Shown here in pieces: positions 1-12,003 of a stretch of 64,000 nucleotides of DNA. How positions within the stretch are numbered: position 1 is the stretch's first letter; every line of letters begins with the position of its first letter. Below the pieces are notes generated by a model. The model was not told the origin of the DNA, did not search any database, and saw only the letters and a program-made list of their open reading frames with translations. The position numbers and the translations under genes were made by a program. The stretch comes from Octopus vulgaris (lineage: Eukaryota): NCBI GenBank assembly GCA_951406725.2, contig OX597838.1, positions 25,358,001-25,422,000 on the forward strand. The letters are read 5' to 3'.

Positions 1-200
1 CTAATGACCTAATGCATTGTGGGAAGTGAGTGTTATCAGCATGATTTCAACACCTTTAATGGATCTTTTTAAAATGCTTCAAACTACTTGATTGAATGTG
101 AAATTTGCACCAGATTTTTTTCCCAAATTTTTTTAATACCAATGTACTGTATGTAATTTTGCATGCTGACTACAAAAATAGCATTTCCTAGAAATTAATA

Positions 201-543
201 ATCATCATCATCATCATCGTTTAGCGTCCGCTTTCCATGCTAGCATGGGTTGGACGGTTCAACTGGGGTCTGGGAAGCCAGAAGGCTGCAGCAGGCCCAG
301 TCTGATCTGGCAATGTTTCTACGGCTGGATGCCCTTCCTAACGCCAACCACTCCGTGAGTGTAGTGGGTGCTTTTTACATGCCACCGGCACAGGTGCCAG
401 ACAAGGCTGGCAAATGGCCACGAACGGATGGTGCTTTTTACATGCCACCAGCACGAGGCCAGTTGGGGCGGCACTGGCAACGGCCACGTTCGGATGGTTC
501 TCTTACGTACCACCGGCACTGGTATCACAGCTGCAATTTCCAT
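201..543 (-). mobile_element. RTE-LINE 3'UTR / related SINE with (ATG)n tail
   Basis: (CAT)n start, GGATGCCCTTCCTAACGCCAACCAC motif and repeated GGTGCTTTTTACATGCCACC units; many copies in the window; the same sequence follows RTE ORF remnants at 54405-55253. Confidence 0.85.
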
Positions 544-589
544 TGATGTTGATCGATTTCGATTTTGGATTTAATAATAAAGAAGACAA

Positions 590-826
590 AAGCATTTGAA
601 GTTGTAAGATACTGATAAGGAAATAATTTTATTCTCAAACACAGGATAATGCTAATAATATAGCATGTACAGGGGGATGTGAGTTTAAGTCTCATGACTG
701 GCCACCGACAGATTTTTCTGCAAAATACGGATAGTTTATCCTGTCCATGCTATATTATTAGCATTCTCCTGCATTTGAGAATGAAATTATTTCCTTACCT
801 GTATCTTTCAATACATCTCAATGCTT
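590..826. mobile_element. Small inverted-repeat element (MITE-like)
   Basis: ~68-bp arms 606-673 and 740-807 are imperfect reverse complements. Confidence 0.65.
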
Positions 827-1773
827 CTAAAACAAACTTTGTTTGTTGACTTTCAACACATCTAAAGTTGTGTAATTTTAGCCAATAGGAAGCCTCTGTT
901 GCTGATGTATTGGAAGTTACATCTGCCTATTTTCAGGGTGACCACATCTTATTGTTCTTTAGTAAGCAGCAGTAGTTGTAACTTCTGATATGTCAGCAAT
1001 GGAGGGTTCCAATTAGCTAAAATTACGTAATTTTAAATGCTTGTACTTTATTATTAATTTCTAGAAAACGAAAAAAAGAAAGAAAAATGTGGTTTTCATC
1101 ATCAACATATAAAAACTACAGCAGAGTAAGAAAATTTGAAAAGAACCTGGTGAAAATTTGAAATGCATCAAGTGGTTCGAAGCATTTTAAAAAGATCCAC
1201 TTGAAATCACTGATCATGTTAGATTCTTCTCTGTTGGACGGTGAGACAGAGGGTGAGTTTAGATGTCAAGAAGTTTAGAATGTTCTGTTGACATTTAGTG
1301 GGGAGTGTAAGGAAGAGTTTAATGGGAGAGGGAGATAGAGAGAGAGGTGGAAAGGGAGAGAGAGAGAGAGAGAGAGAAAGAATTTTGTGGATGCTATTGT
1401 AGCATAGCGTAAATGGTATCTGCTCTCTTTCTCTGTCTCTCTCTCTCCTCTCTCTCTGTTTCTATCTGCCTCTTTTTTGTCTCTCTCTCTCTCCTCTCTC
1501 CGTCTCTGTCTTTGGTCCCAAGGTCCTTTCAAGGACCATTTCTTAGTTGCACAAATGAATATTATATATATATGTATATAATTTTACTTTGTGTGTGTGT
1601 GGTTATAAGTACATTTATACTTTTTTCTATTTGTCTCATGTTTCCATCTCTCTCTCTCTCCCCCCACACACACACTTACATACACAAACAAAATTTACGA
1701 ATAAAATTTATGCACATATACTTGCATATAGACAAGCATGCACATTTTTAGGTGTATGTATATGAGTCAGACG

Positions 1774-1962
1774 CCATGATAGATCGTTAGCCACTACACA
1801 CATTTTTTTTCTCTCCTTGTTTTTTCTGTGTCCCTTTCTGTAGAAGAGCGTAGGCTCGAAACATAAAAGACTTTTTCTATTCCTGAGCGCTATACTAATA
1901 CATCTGTTTGTTTGTACACCACCTGTCTTCGTCTTTTGTTTTTTTTTCGTAAACTTTCCCTT
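1774..1962 (+). mobile_element. Short Penelope-like remnant with minimal hammerhead-like motif
   Basis: GAAGAGCGTAGGCTCGAAAC (GAGC/GCTC stem) at ~1843-1862; ends in (TA)n; related copies at 4340-4509 and 15134-15320. Confidence 0.6.
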
Positions 1963-2013
1963 TATATATATATATATATATACATATACCTATATATAAT
2001 ATATATATATATA

Positions 2014-2265
2014 AAGGTAAAGGTTACATTCTCAAGTCATGCCAACTCATAAAGGCTGGTTTCCCATTTCCAAAGTGTATAAATTCCTCACTTGGACAGG
2101 ATGTTGGTCCATCGCAAGATTACTCAATTTTGCCGGCTGAGTGGACTGGAGCAATGTCAAATGAAGTGTTTTGCTCAAGAACGCAATACATTGCCTGGTC
2201 CAGGAATCGAAATCACAGTCTTCCAATCACAAGTCCAACACCCTAATCACTAAGCCATGTGCCTC
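2014..2265 (-). mobile_element. tRNA-derived SINE
   Basis: Minus strand has A-box TGGCTTAGTGATTAG, B-box TTCGATTCC and CORE-like TTCTTGAGCAAAACACTT. Confidence 0.75.
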
Positions 2266-2280
2266 TTTTTCAAACATACA

Positions 2281-2600
2281 CATCATCATCGTTTAATGTC
2301 TGTTTTCCATGCTGGCATGGGTTGGATGGTCCGACTGGGGTCTGGGAAGCCAGGAGGCTGCACCAGGCTCCAGTCTGATCTGGCAGTGTTTCTATAGCTG
2401 GATGCCCTTCCTAATGCCAACCACCCCGTGAGTATTGTGGGTGCTTTTTACATGCCACCAGCACAGGGGCTAGAGGAGGCTGGCAAACGGCCACAATTGG
2501 TTGCTGCTTTTTGTGTGTCACCGACACTGTCTCCAGTCAGGTGGCGCTGGCATCAGCTACATTTGAACGGTGCTTTGTACGTGTCACCGGCACGGGTATC
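2281..2600 (-). mobile_element. RTE 3'UTR / related SINE copy
   Basis: Same family as 201-543. Confidence 0.85.
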
Positions 2601-2614
2601 TTAACTACACGCGA

Positions 2615-3480
2615 GTAAGAAAATTAATGAATACAGCACGACGTTTTATTTGCTACAATTGTTTCTGTACACCTGCATGTAAATGATTCCTTGTGAAAAG
2701 TTATGCAATATGTATGAGGTTGACTATAGCGGAGTGGTACTTCATCAGACTAGCAATGTGCAGAATGTAAAATTGCATGATTTCCTGCTGGTCTGATGGA
2801 AAATCGTTCTTGAATTATTTGTTCATGAAATCTGTTCAGGTTTGGCAGGAAGTGTTTAGGTTGCATGTGGCTGATGTTTTTGGTGTGGTTGTGTGGTTAA
2901 GAATGACCTCAGTAGATGTATTCCTTGGTAAAAGGTATACTGCAGCAGTTCTATGACTGAAAAGAGTAAAATAATAAGAGACTATGTTGTTTGTAATTTT
3001 AATTTCTATGTACTCATTCTTTATAGTTATATATGTTCTACTTTTAGTAAGTAATATAGGAAAACTTAGCCTAGAATAAGCTTACTAAGAGGTTGTGTAC
3101 AAACCTAAGGACCACTTCTATGTGTGGTTTCTTTGGAAAGTATGGGGGTCATATACCACATATAGATGATAATGGGAGTGTATGTTTGATGTGATTGTTG
3201 TCTGTGAATGTTGTATATCTATCTTGTGGGCTCATTGCTCTAAGTTGATCTTCATTGTTATAGGGCTGAACTTAATGGTTTCTTGGTTTATGGCAGTTTT
3301 GCTGTCTCAATTTTACCCTACATTGATATTGTATGACCATCCTTCATAAGGTTTCCAAATTTTTGGTTAGGGTAATATTTACCTAAGGGTTTGTAGTTTA
3401 TGGGGTTTTGTTGCAAGATGGCTACTGAGGACACTGTTATTTGTCAAGGTTCACACAGTATAGTCGATAATAATACTGAA
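2615..3480 (-). mobile_element. Degraded Penelope-like element with hammerhead-like motif near its 3' end
   Basis: Minus strand CTGATGA (2748-2742) ... GAAAC AATT GTA (2665-2654); upstream sequence is A-rich and looks like a decayed ORF. Confidence 0.45.
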
Positions 3481-3578
3481 ATATCAACAACATGAAATAC
3501 AATCAAATAAAGATCTCATTCTATATTTCTTGGACTGCATGGCTGGATTAGATAGGATATATATATATATACATACAT

Positions 3579-4270
3579 ACACTAGGGGAAGGCAAAAATT
3601 ATCTGTGCTTTTGCCATAGCATATCTTTATTATTGTCACACTGCCTTCTGTGCATGCATGCTTATAGTTGGTACTGTTATAGTCAAATGATTGAAGTTTG
3701 ATCCTAATCGCCCCATTTTTCTTTCCGGCTTTACAGTATAAGCATGGCTGCTCCACTAGCAATGTGCACCAAAGAAGAACAAAGAACAGTGATCCGATTT
3801 CTCTGGTCGGAAGGTGTGTCAGATACTGATATTCATTAGAGGCCTTTAACACAATTGGTTAATGGTTTCAATGGTCTGGGCTGCCATGTATGGGTGTGCA
3901 TTGTCATGCAACAACAAAACTTTCTTCGACAATAGGCTTCGATGTTTGGTGCAAATTGCTGGCTTCAGTTTGTTGGCCAGCAAAGCACTGTATCTTGCAC
4001 CATTGATCGTACACTCCCTTTCCAAGTAGTCTTCGGTATAGGTCCTTTTGAGTCTCAAGAAGGGGTTAGCATAATTTTTCCCACGGAAGACTGAGTTTTG
4101 AATTTCTTAGTCGCTGTTGAGCCAGGATGTTTCTATTCCATACTCTGTCTTTTGGATTCTACCTCATAGTGATGGACCCACATTTCATCTCTGTGACTAT
4201 TCTGCTCAAAAATTCCTCACCGTTATTGTTGTAGCGATTGAGTAAACATTGGCAGACCTCAAGACATCCA
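3579..4270. mobile_element. Mariner transposon remnant with internal inversion
   Basis: TIR-like start near 3580; + strand 3744 ATG gives MAAPLAMCTKEEQRTVIRFLWSEG (mariner N-terminus); - strand 3846-4200 gives WVHHYE and LLLHDNAHP (mariner catalytic motifs). Confidence 0.85.
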
Positions 4271-4279
4271 TGTTAAGTA

Positions 4280-4339
<60 letters not shown>

Positions 4340-4341
<2 letters not shown>

Positions 4342-4509
4342 GGAGAGTTCACAAAAAAAAACCCAAAAGATGAAGACAGGTGGTGTACAAAACAAACAGA
4401 TGTATTAGTATAATGTTCAAGAATAGAAAAAGTCTTTAATGTTTCGAGCCTATGCTCTTCTACAGAAAGTGACACAGAAAAAAATGTGTGTAGTGGCTAC
4501 CGATCTATC
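4340..4509 (-). mobile_element. Short Penelope-like remnant (family of 1774-1962)
   Basis: Reverse complement of the 1774-1962 element, flanked by TA repeats. Confidence 0.6.
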
Positions 4510-4567
4510 TATATATGTATATAACTGGCTTATACAGATGAGAAAAATATACATAAATATGTAGCTA

Positions 4568-4930
4568 CTGATGTGACTGTGTTTTAAGTTTGCTTCTCAG
4601 CCACATGGTTCCAGGTTCAATCCCACTGCATTGCAACTTGGGCAAGTGTCTTCTACTGCAGCCTTGGGCCAACCAAAGCTTTTTGAGTGGATTTGGTAGA
4701 CTGAAATTGAAAGAAGCCTGTCATATCCATCTGTCTACGTTCACACAACCATATACATGCATATTTATAGATACAGAGATAAATATATGTATGTATATAT
4801 CTAAATGTGTTTGTCTTTAAGTTTGTCCTTATAGTTGCTTCACAATTGGTATTAGTTTCTTTATGTCTCTGTAACTTAGCAGTTCAGCAAAGAGATTGAT
4901 AGAATAAAAAAGGAAGTACTGGGGGTTGAC
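4568..4930 (+). mobile_element. Octopus CORE-type SINE (degraded)
   Basis: GGTTCAATCCC B-box, TTGGGCAAGTGTCTT core, GTGGATTTGGTAGA body. Confidence 0.8.
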
Positions 4931-5565
4931 TTACACACACACACAAATATATTAAACAACTGTATTAATTATTAATATCACTAAGTGTAGCCTGGAGCAA
5001 ATTTAATCCCTATTTTTTTTAAGTAAAGAAGTTCTGTAGGAATATCAAGGTTTTGTTGTACTACATGATTGTATTATATATGGGGGTAATGTTTTGTAAT
5101 CAATATGGTTAAATGAGGCCCAGAGCAAGGTTAAGAAGGGGCTGTGCATGATGCTTTTAAGAACAAAGACCACTTTAAGCTTTATCTTCAACAGAGTGTG
5201 GGCTGATGATGACATTTTAGTAATTAATATAGCAAAACCAGCCTGGAGCTAGGTTATGTTGAGGTTTATTATGTGATCCTATTCAAAACAGGACCATGTC
5301 TGGGTATGCCCGAAGCGCAACTGTCAAGGTCTTGTGAATCATGAGGGGCTTCATTGTATATGAGGTAACATGTTTATTATTGAAATTACAGCATTGAAAA
5401 CACATATTAGTCATTCAAAAAATCTGGTAACTTTGTGTAAACATTTATGATTCGGTGTCAAAATTTTCTTCATACCATTTGCAGCCTGGTCACTGACATG
5501 GTTCAATTGCATATGGTTTAAGACAAGGCTATGGGCCAGTACATATTTGTATGTATGTATGTATG

Positions 5566-5607
<42 letters not shown>

Positions 5608-5640
5608 TACGCACACACACACACATATATGTATATAGCA

Positions 5641-5704
5641 AGTGAGACAGAGCCAGATCATCGATAATTTCAGATTTGATTGATTCTCATCAGTGACTCT
5701 CACC
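5641..5704 (-). ncRNA. Type I hammerhead ribozyme-like motif
   Basis: AGAGUCA-CUGAUGA-(15 nt)-GAAA-UUAUCGAUGA-UC-UGGCUCU; stem I 7 bp, stem III 4 bp with palindromic UCGA loop; stem II poorly paired. Confidence 0.6.
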
Positions 5705-5784
5705 CAGTTGCCAAGGTGATATATATAATATGCAATGTTTTGGTATCCAGAGGACCCTATATATATATATATATATATATATAG

Positions 5785-5965
5785 CAATGTAACTACATAT
5801 GTGTTGTTGGCAATTTCTTTTCCTTCTTTGGACTTTTCCCTTTCTCCTTATTGATGAAGAGCTATGCTCAAAGCGTCAAAAACTCTCTTTACTGAGCGTC
5901 AAACTAATACATTCCTTGTGCATGTCCTCTTCTTCTCAGTGTTGTTCATTGTATTGTTCATCTAT
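5785..5965 (+). mobile_element. Diverged short Penelope-like remnant
   Basis: TGAAGAGCTATGCTCAAAGCGTC and CTGAGCGTCAAACTAATACA, similar to 1774-1962. Confidence 0.5.
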
Positions 5966-6005
5966 ATGAATCAACTATACACACACACACACACACATAT
6001 ATATA

Positions 6006-6241
6006 CAGGGTGGCCCCAAAATAAGTTTACAGTTATCACATTGGCACTTTGAACTTCATATAAAACATTTTATTATATCTGAATTTCTATTTTACAAACT
6101 GAAAAGGGAGCTTGAGAAAATTAACTAAATTAGCATAGAATAATGGTTTCGTATTTTTTTTTATAATTAAGATCTAAATGTTAATGTATGGATGCGAAAG
6201 AGATAGTTTAATAACTGTAAACCTACTTTTGGTCTACCCTG
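6006..6241. mobile_element. Tc1/mariner MITE
   Basis: TA|CAGGGTGGCCCCAAAATAAGTTTACAG ... CTGTAAACCTACTTTTGGTCTACCCTG|TA: TIRs with TA target duplication. Confidence 0.8.
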
Positions 6242-8304
6242 TATGTTATGCTATATATGTATATAATGTACAGGGTTTTTAAATATTTGCATGCTTCAGT
6301 GAGTGGACTGCAACCATGCTAGGGTACTGTTTTGAAGAGTTTTACCTGAGCGAATTGACCCTAGTACTTTTTTTCCCTTGAGCCTGGTGCATATTCTATA
6401 AATCCTTTTTTTTTTTTTGCTGAACCACTAAGTTATGAGGATGTAAACAAACCAACCCCAGCTTCAAGTGGAAGTGGTGGGGGTGGGGGCGCAATCTCAA
6501 ACGCAAAGCCACACATACAGACACACATGTGTCTAGTGAACTTCTTGTTTTAGTTTGTCTGTCAAATCTATTCATGACGCTTTGATTGGCCTGGGCCTCC
6601 TCCTCCCCCTCCCTCCTTCCTTCCTTCCCTCCCTCCTCCCCTCCCAGTCACCCCTCCTTTGTTGTTGTTGTTGTTCTTTGCCTTCTTCTTTTTCTTCTTT
6701 CTTGCTGCTGCTGCTGTTGTTCTTTTTCTTCTTCCTCCCTAATAAAATTTATAGGCTCTGCCAGTTTAATATGCTCAACCTATACCGCATTTCACGAATG
6801 CATTCCCCTACAACTTCCATCAAGAGTCAGGTGCTCCTGGATGGGTGGGTGAACCGAAGCCAACAGGCTTAGAATCATATGACAATTAATATTTCACCCT
6901 TAAAAACGAGCTGCTGGGTTTCATTTAGTTAAACAATATATTAAAACAAAAATTGGGCTGTTGAAAATGGAAACTTTACTAAACATCTCAATTAACTGTT
7001 AATTGCAAGCTTAATTAGCCAGGAATGAAAGTTATTTTTAACTCTTTTGTTACCATATTTCTGTTGAAATATGCTGCCTTTGTTTCAATTAATTTTAAGA
7101 ATGATTATTTTGGTAGGATCTACTTTGAGGGAAATTTGGCCGCTATTTCTAGCAGATCAAGCCACCACGTACAGGTTCTCTCTTTAGCTTGTATCTGTGT
7201 GTAGCAACTTAGGTGAAAAGAACACAGGAGATGTTGTGACCTTCATGCCTTTCCTAAGGGCATCAGAGGAATGAAGTGAAGGTGGTGGGGGGGATATCGT
7301 TAACAAGAACCCTCCCCTCCAAAACCTAGTTGATGGGTACCGCATTTAACTCTTGCTTCCATTGTGTTTAGTCAATAGAAATCAATATTATCTGTGCTAT
7401 CAATATTTCCAGCCTTATGTTTGGTCTCCATGGCAACATTTGTTAGTAAAAAGCTAAGGGGTGGGGCAATGGCAGTGATTACATTGCTGGGGAGGGCGGC
7501 GGTGGTGGTGTCATCAGCAGCAGCAGTGGTGGTGGTGGTGGTGGTACATATAGGAGTGGCAGCTGTATTTATGGTAGTGAGGATAGGGTTGGTGGTGGTG
7601 GTGTTGGTGGTGGTGGTGGTTTGTAGCTTTGTAATTAACATAATGATTTTTTTTTTGTTAGCTCTTTATTGTTTTTGTTCAACATATGCATTTTTCTCCT
7701 CCTTCAAATAAACTTTCTATTCCACCTCCCACCACCCAATTATTTACCCCACCTTCCTCCCTCCGTAAGTGCTGGATTCCACCCCTCCCTACCATCGACT
7801 AATTATCCCTCCCCCTTCTCCTCCTGCACTAAACACTATTCACACTTGTCTCTCCTCCTACTACTAATTATTTTTTTAGTCCCTGTTTAGGTCTGACATT
7901 CATTGCTTTGATGTTTCCAGGAGAAAAATATGCAAATATATATAGCCATTTACTCATTTACATGTTTCATTCATTGGGACAGTGGCCATGCTGGGGCATC
8001 ACCTTGAGTAGTTTCAAGTCAAAGAAATTGATCCCTGTACTTATTTTTTCAAAGCTTGGTGCTTCTTTTCAAACTCTTTTGCTAAGCTGCTAAGTTATGA
8101 GGGTTTAGATAAACCAACACTGGTTGCCAAGTGGTGACAGGGGACAAACATTGACACACATCTATATACATATATATTCTTTTATTCTTTTATTTGTTCC
8201 AGTCGTTTGACTGCGGCCATGCTGGAGCACCACATTTAGTCGAGCAAATCGACCCCAGGACTTATTCTTTGTAAGCCTAGTACTTATTCTATTGGTCTCT
8301 TTGA

Positions 8305-8810
8305 AGTTATCATTATCCATGCAGCGGAGTATGATAACTTCATTTCTTTCAAGCCTTTGCAAGTCCTCTGGAGTCAAAGCCCATGTTTCACTGCCATATA
8401 GTACAGCTGTATATACACAGGTATCATACAATCTGCCTTTCACTCTGAGGGAGAGGCTCTTAGTTACCAACAAAGATAAAAGCTCTCTGAATGTCACCCA
8501 GCCTGTTCTTATCCTAGCAACTACAATTTCAGAACTTCCACCACCACTGCTAACTTGATCTCCTAGGTAACAGAAGGCATCTACTACTTCTAATGATCCC
8601 TCTGAGCATTTGAGGGAGCCTATTGTCTGTGCATTTTTAGTGCTTATTGTGCCTACACATTTGCCACACACAAAGACTATATTCTCCATTAACCTTCCTG
8701 TGATACCGCTACACTTCTTATGTGTCCAAAGCTTGCACTGAGTACAACATTTGGAGTTTCTGCCAACACCCTCCTTACATATTGAGCAAGGCCATCTCCC
8801 AGAAGGGACT
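8305..8810 (-). mobile_element. RTE-clade LINE ORF fragment with Cys-rich (PHD-like) segment
   Basis: ORF 8162-8689: FCYLGD, RIRTGW, LYGSETW; upstream CSIC, CTQC, HKKC and CGKC motifs. Confidence 0.9.
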
Positions 8811-9634
8811 TATGATTTTTCAGTTTTCCTACTTATTAGGACTTTGCTTATATATATATAAACACATGTATAATAGGAAAGGAAGGAAGGAAACAGGGAG
8901 GGAGGGAAGAAAGGAAGGAGAGAAGGAAGACTGGAAGGAGGGAAGACAGGAAGGAAAGAGGGAAGGATGCTAGGAAGGACGGAAGGAAGGAATTGTTTTA
9001 GGATTAAAGAAACCAGAATGCTTGCAAGAGTGTAAGATTCTGCTGTAACTCCACCCATGGGCCAGGTAGCGTTGGTGTTAAACCAGGCGAGATGCTAAGT
9101 CTAGCATTCAAAGCCAAGACTGGCAATGGCTCCATCAACGGACTTCTCTGCAGCAGTCAACCACAAGGCATTGGATGAGCCGAGGCTGAGACGGAAGACA
9201 CTCGTCTGCCTGCTGGTATTAATCTGAAGACATCAAAGAAAGTGATACATTGTTTGCTTGACATATACACGGCAAATTTATGCGTCGTCATGTGATTACT
9301 CCAGATGTTATGCTATGAATTATGCATATGACTTAATTAAACAATGCTGTTCTTCAAATTACCAGAAAACCCTTAAGATATTGAGTTGAGAGCTTGCCGG
9401 AAGCATTTTTAGTCTACTTGCGTGAAATCAGGATTAAGTAAAAGACAAACAGATGAAGCATCTTCCCAATTGGCTTCTTGTTTTTGTATTTTGCATTCTT
9501 TTTCTTCCCTTTTTTTTTTTTTTTTAAATTCTGGTTGTTGTTTTAGCCCCCAGTCAGACCTGATCTGGCAGAGTAATGATCAAAAGACCTCTGCAATCTT
9601 AAATCAACTCAGTTTAATTTAATTCCCCCACCCC

Positions 9635-10240
9635 CATGGCTGTGTAGTAAGAAGCTTGCTTCCCAAGCACATAGTTCCGGGTTCAGTCCCACTGTGAGGC
9701 ACCTTGGGCAAGTGTCTTCTACTTTAGCCTTTGGCAAGTGTCTTCTACTTTAGCCTTGGGCTGACTAAAGCCTTATGAGTAGATTTGATAGACAGAAACT
9801 CAAAGAAGCCCGTTGTATGTCATCATCATCATCACCATCGTTTAACGTTCGCTTTCCATACTTGCATGGGTTCGATGATTTGACAGAAGTCTGGTGAACC
9901 AGACTTCAATCTGATCAGGCTGAGTTTCTACAGCTGGATGTCCTTCCTAACGCCAACCATTCCGAGCGTGTAGTGGATGCTTTTACGTGCCACCGGCACG
10001 ATATATATATATATATTTATGTGTGTGTGTTGTTTGTCCCCCTTACCATTACTTGACAACCGATGTTGGTGTTTTTATGTCCCTAAAACTCAGTGGTTCG
10101 GCAAAAGAGAACAATAGAATAAGTACTAGGATTATAGAGAATAAGGCCTGGGGTTGATTTCTTTGACTAAAACCCTTTAAGGTGGTGCTCCAGCATGGCC
10201 ATATTCAAATGACTGAAACGTGTAAAACAATAAAAGGATT
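9635..10240 (+). mobile_element. CORE-SINE with inserted RTE 3'UTR fragment (9820-10000)
   Basis: A/B boxes, duplicated GGCAAGTGTCTTCTACTTTAGCC, family tail. Confidence 0.85.
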
Positions 10241-10257
10241 AGTATATCTAAGATTAA

Positions 10258-10415
10258 GCTCCTTTCAGTTTCTGTCTACCAAAACCACTCACAAGGTTTC
10301 AATCAGCCCAAGGCTATAGTAAGAAAACACTTGGTCAAGGTGTCACACAATGGGACTGAACCCAGAACCATATGGTTGGGAAGCAAGCTTCTTAACACAC
10401 AGTCACACCTGCACC
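10258..10415 (-). mobile_element. CORE-SINE head, inverted relative to the 9635 copy
   Basis: GGGACTGAACCCAGAACCA is the reverse complement of the B-box region. Confidence 0.8.
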
Positions 10416-10978
10416 TGTTTGTAGTTAGCTCTTCAGTACTCCATGCATTAAATAATAATGTGTTGAATATATTAACTCACTGAATCTTCTTCTGGATTAA
10501 AGGTGAGATGGCCTCTAATTGTCTCTGTGTCTGCTCGTGACGACATTCACTCCTAAAACAACGTGTGAAAGCATGGCACATGCTACCAGTAATACTTGCT
10601 TGCATGTCATGGCTGGTTGTACTTTAAACTTATGTCCTCTATCTGACTCTCTCTCCTTCTCTACATCTATCTGTCTCTCCGCAAGTGTCTGTTTGTCTGC
10701 CTGTCCATCTATTTATCTCTGTTTATCTATCTTTCTCTCACTCTATGTCTGCCATTCTATCTGTCTTTCTGTCTAATAGCTATCTGTCCATCCGTCCGTC
10801 TGTCCGTCCGTCCATCCATCTCTGTCTATTTTTCTATTATTCTGTCTGTCTATCTTTCTAATTATTCTCTGTGTGTGTGCATGTGTCTGTCTGTCTGTCT
10901 TTCCATCTATCTATCTCTTACTAACCTTATCATTTTATTAGCTTTTTAATGCTTTAAGTCATTAAATAATAAAGTATG

Positions 10979-11018
<40 letters not shown>

Positions 11019-11155
11019 TAATACTACAAAGCAATAAAGGGTTTAGCAACAATTGCCTTACCACATACCGAATTTAGAAATAGCAGTCAAAGAGTTATAG
11101 CTATTTCTTCTACTAAAAAGGAGATCTCAGTAAAAACAGCAATTGGAAGGCAGAC

Positions 11156-11528
<373 letters not shown>

Positions 11529-12003
11529 GATGCCAGTATCTATCTACCCATCATCCATCTTTTTGCTTGCTTGTTTATGTATTTCTTCTGCCCAGCTTAA
11601 TTAATGCTGCATGCAAACAGATATGATAACCTGGACTTACCTATACTTTAAGGTGCCATCTAGTGTTCAGCTTGGAATTGTACTACGAGAGTATTCGATT
11701 GCTCATTAGTGACAGCACCTGTAATAGGAGGAGTGGAGGGAGGGAGGGAGGAGTAGAGGAATGGCTTGATTTTTTTTTTTTTTCCTTCCTCCCATGTCCA
11801 AGAAATCAACCAGTTATGTGTGCATTGTTGAATAAATATTAAATGAATAATATTTGTATTAATCATTAGATGACTGTGCGCTGGCAGGCATGGCTAGTTC
11901 AGGAGACTGACGATGATAACGTTGATGATGATTGTTGTTATTTAATTACTCTCTCTTTCTCTCTCTCTCTCTCTACACACACACGCAGATATGTATTTTA
12001 TAT

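Larger units (their letters stand above)
35..1218. mobile_element. Old fold-back/MITE-like element carrying nested insertions
   Basis: TGGATCTTTTTAAAATGCTTC (~60-80) is the reverse complement of GAAGCATTTTAAAAAGATCCA (~1179-1199) with an indel; CTAGAAATTAATAA (188-201) pairs with TTATTAATTTCTAG (1051-1064). Confidence 0.6.

Noticed and set aside
4960-5410. Possible old LINE RT fragment (minus SGIPRHGPVL)
   Set aside because: One short degenerate motif; insufficient to call.
11015-11155. Additional hammerhead-like remnant (GAAATAGC/GCTATTTC stem); similar trace at 22040-22130
   Set aside because: Core bases too degenerate to support a call.
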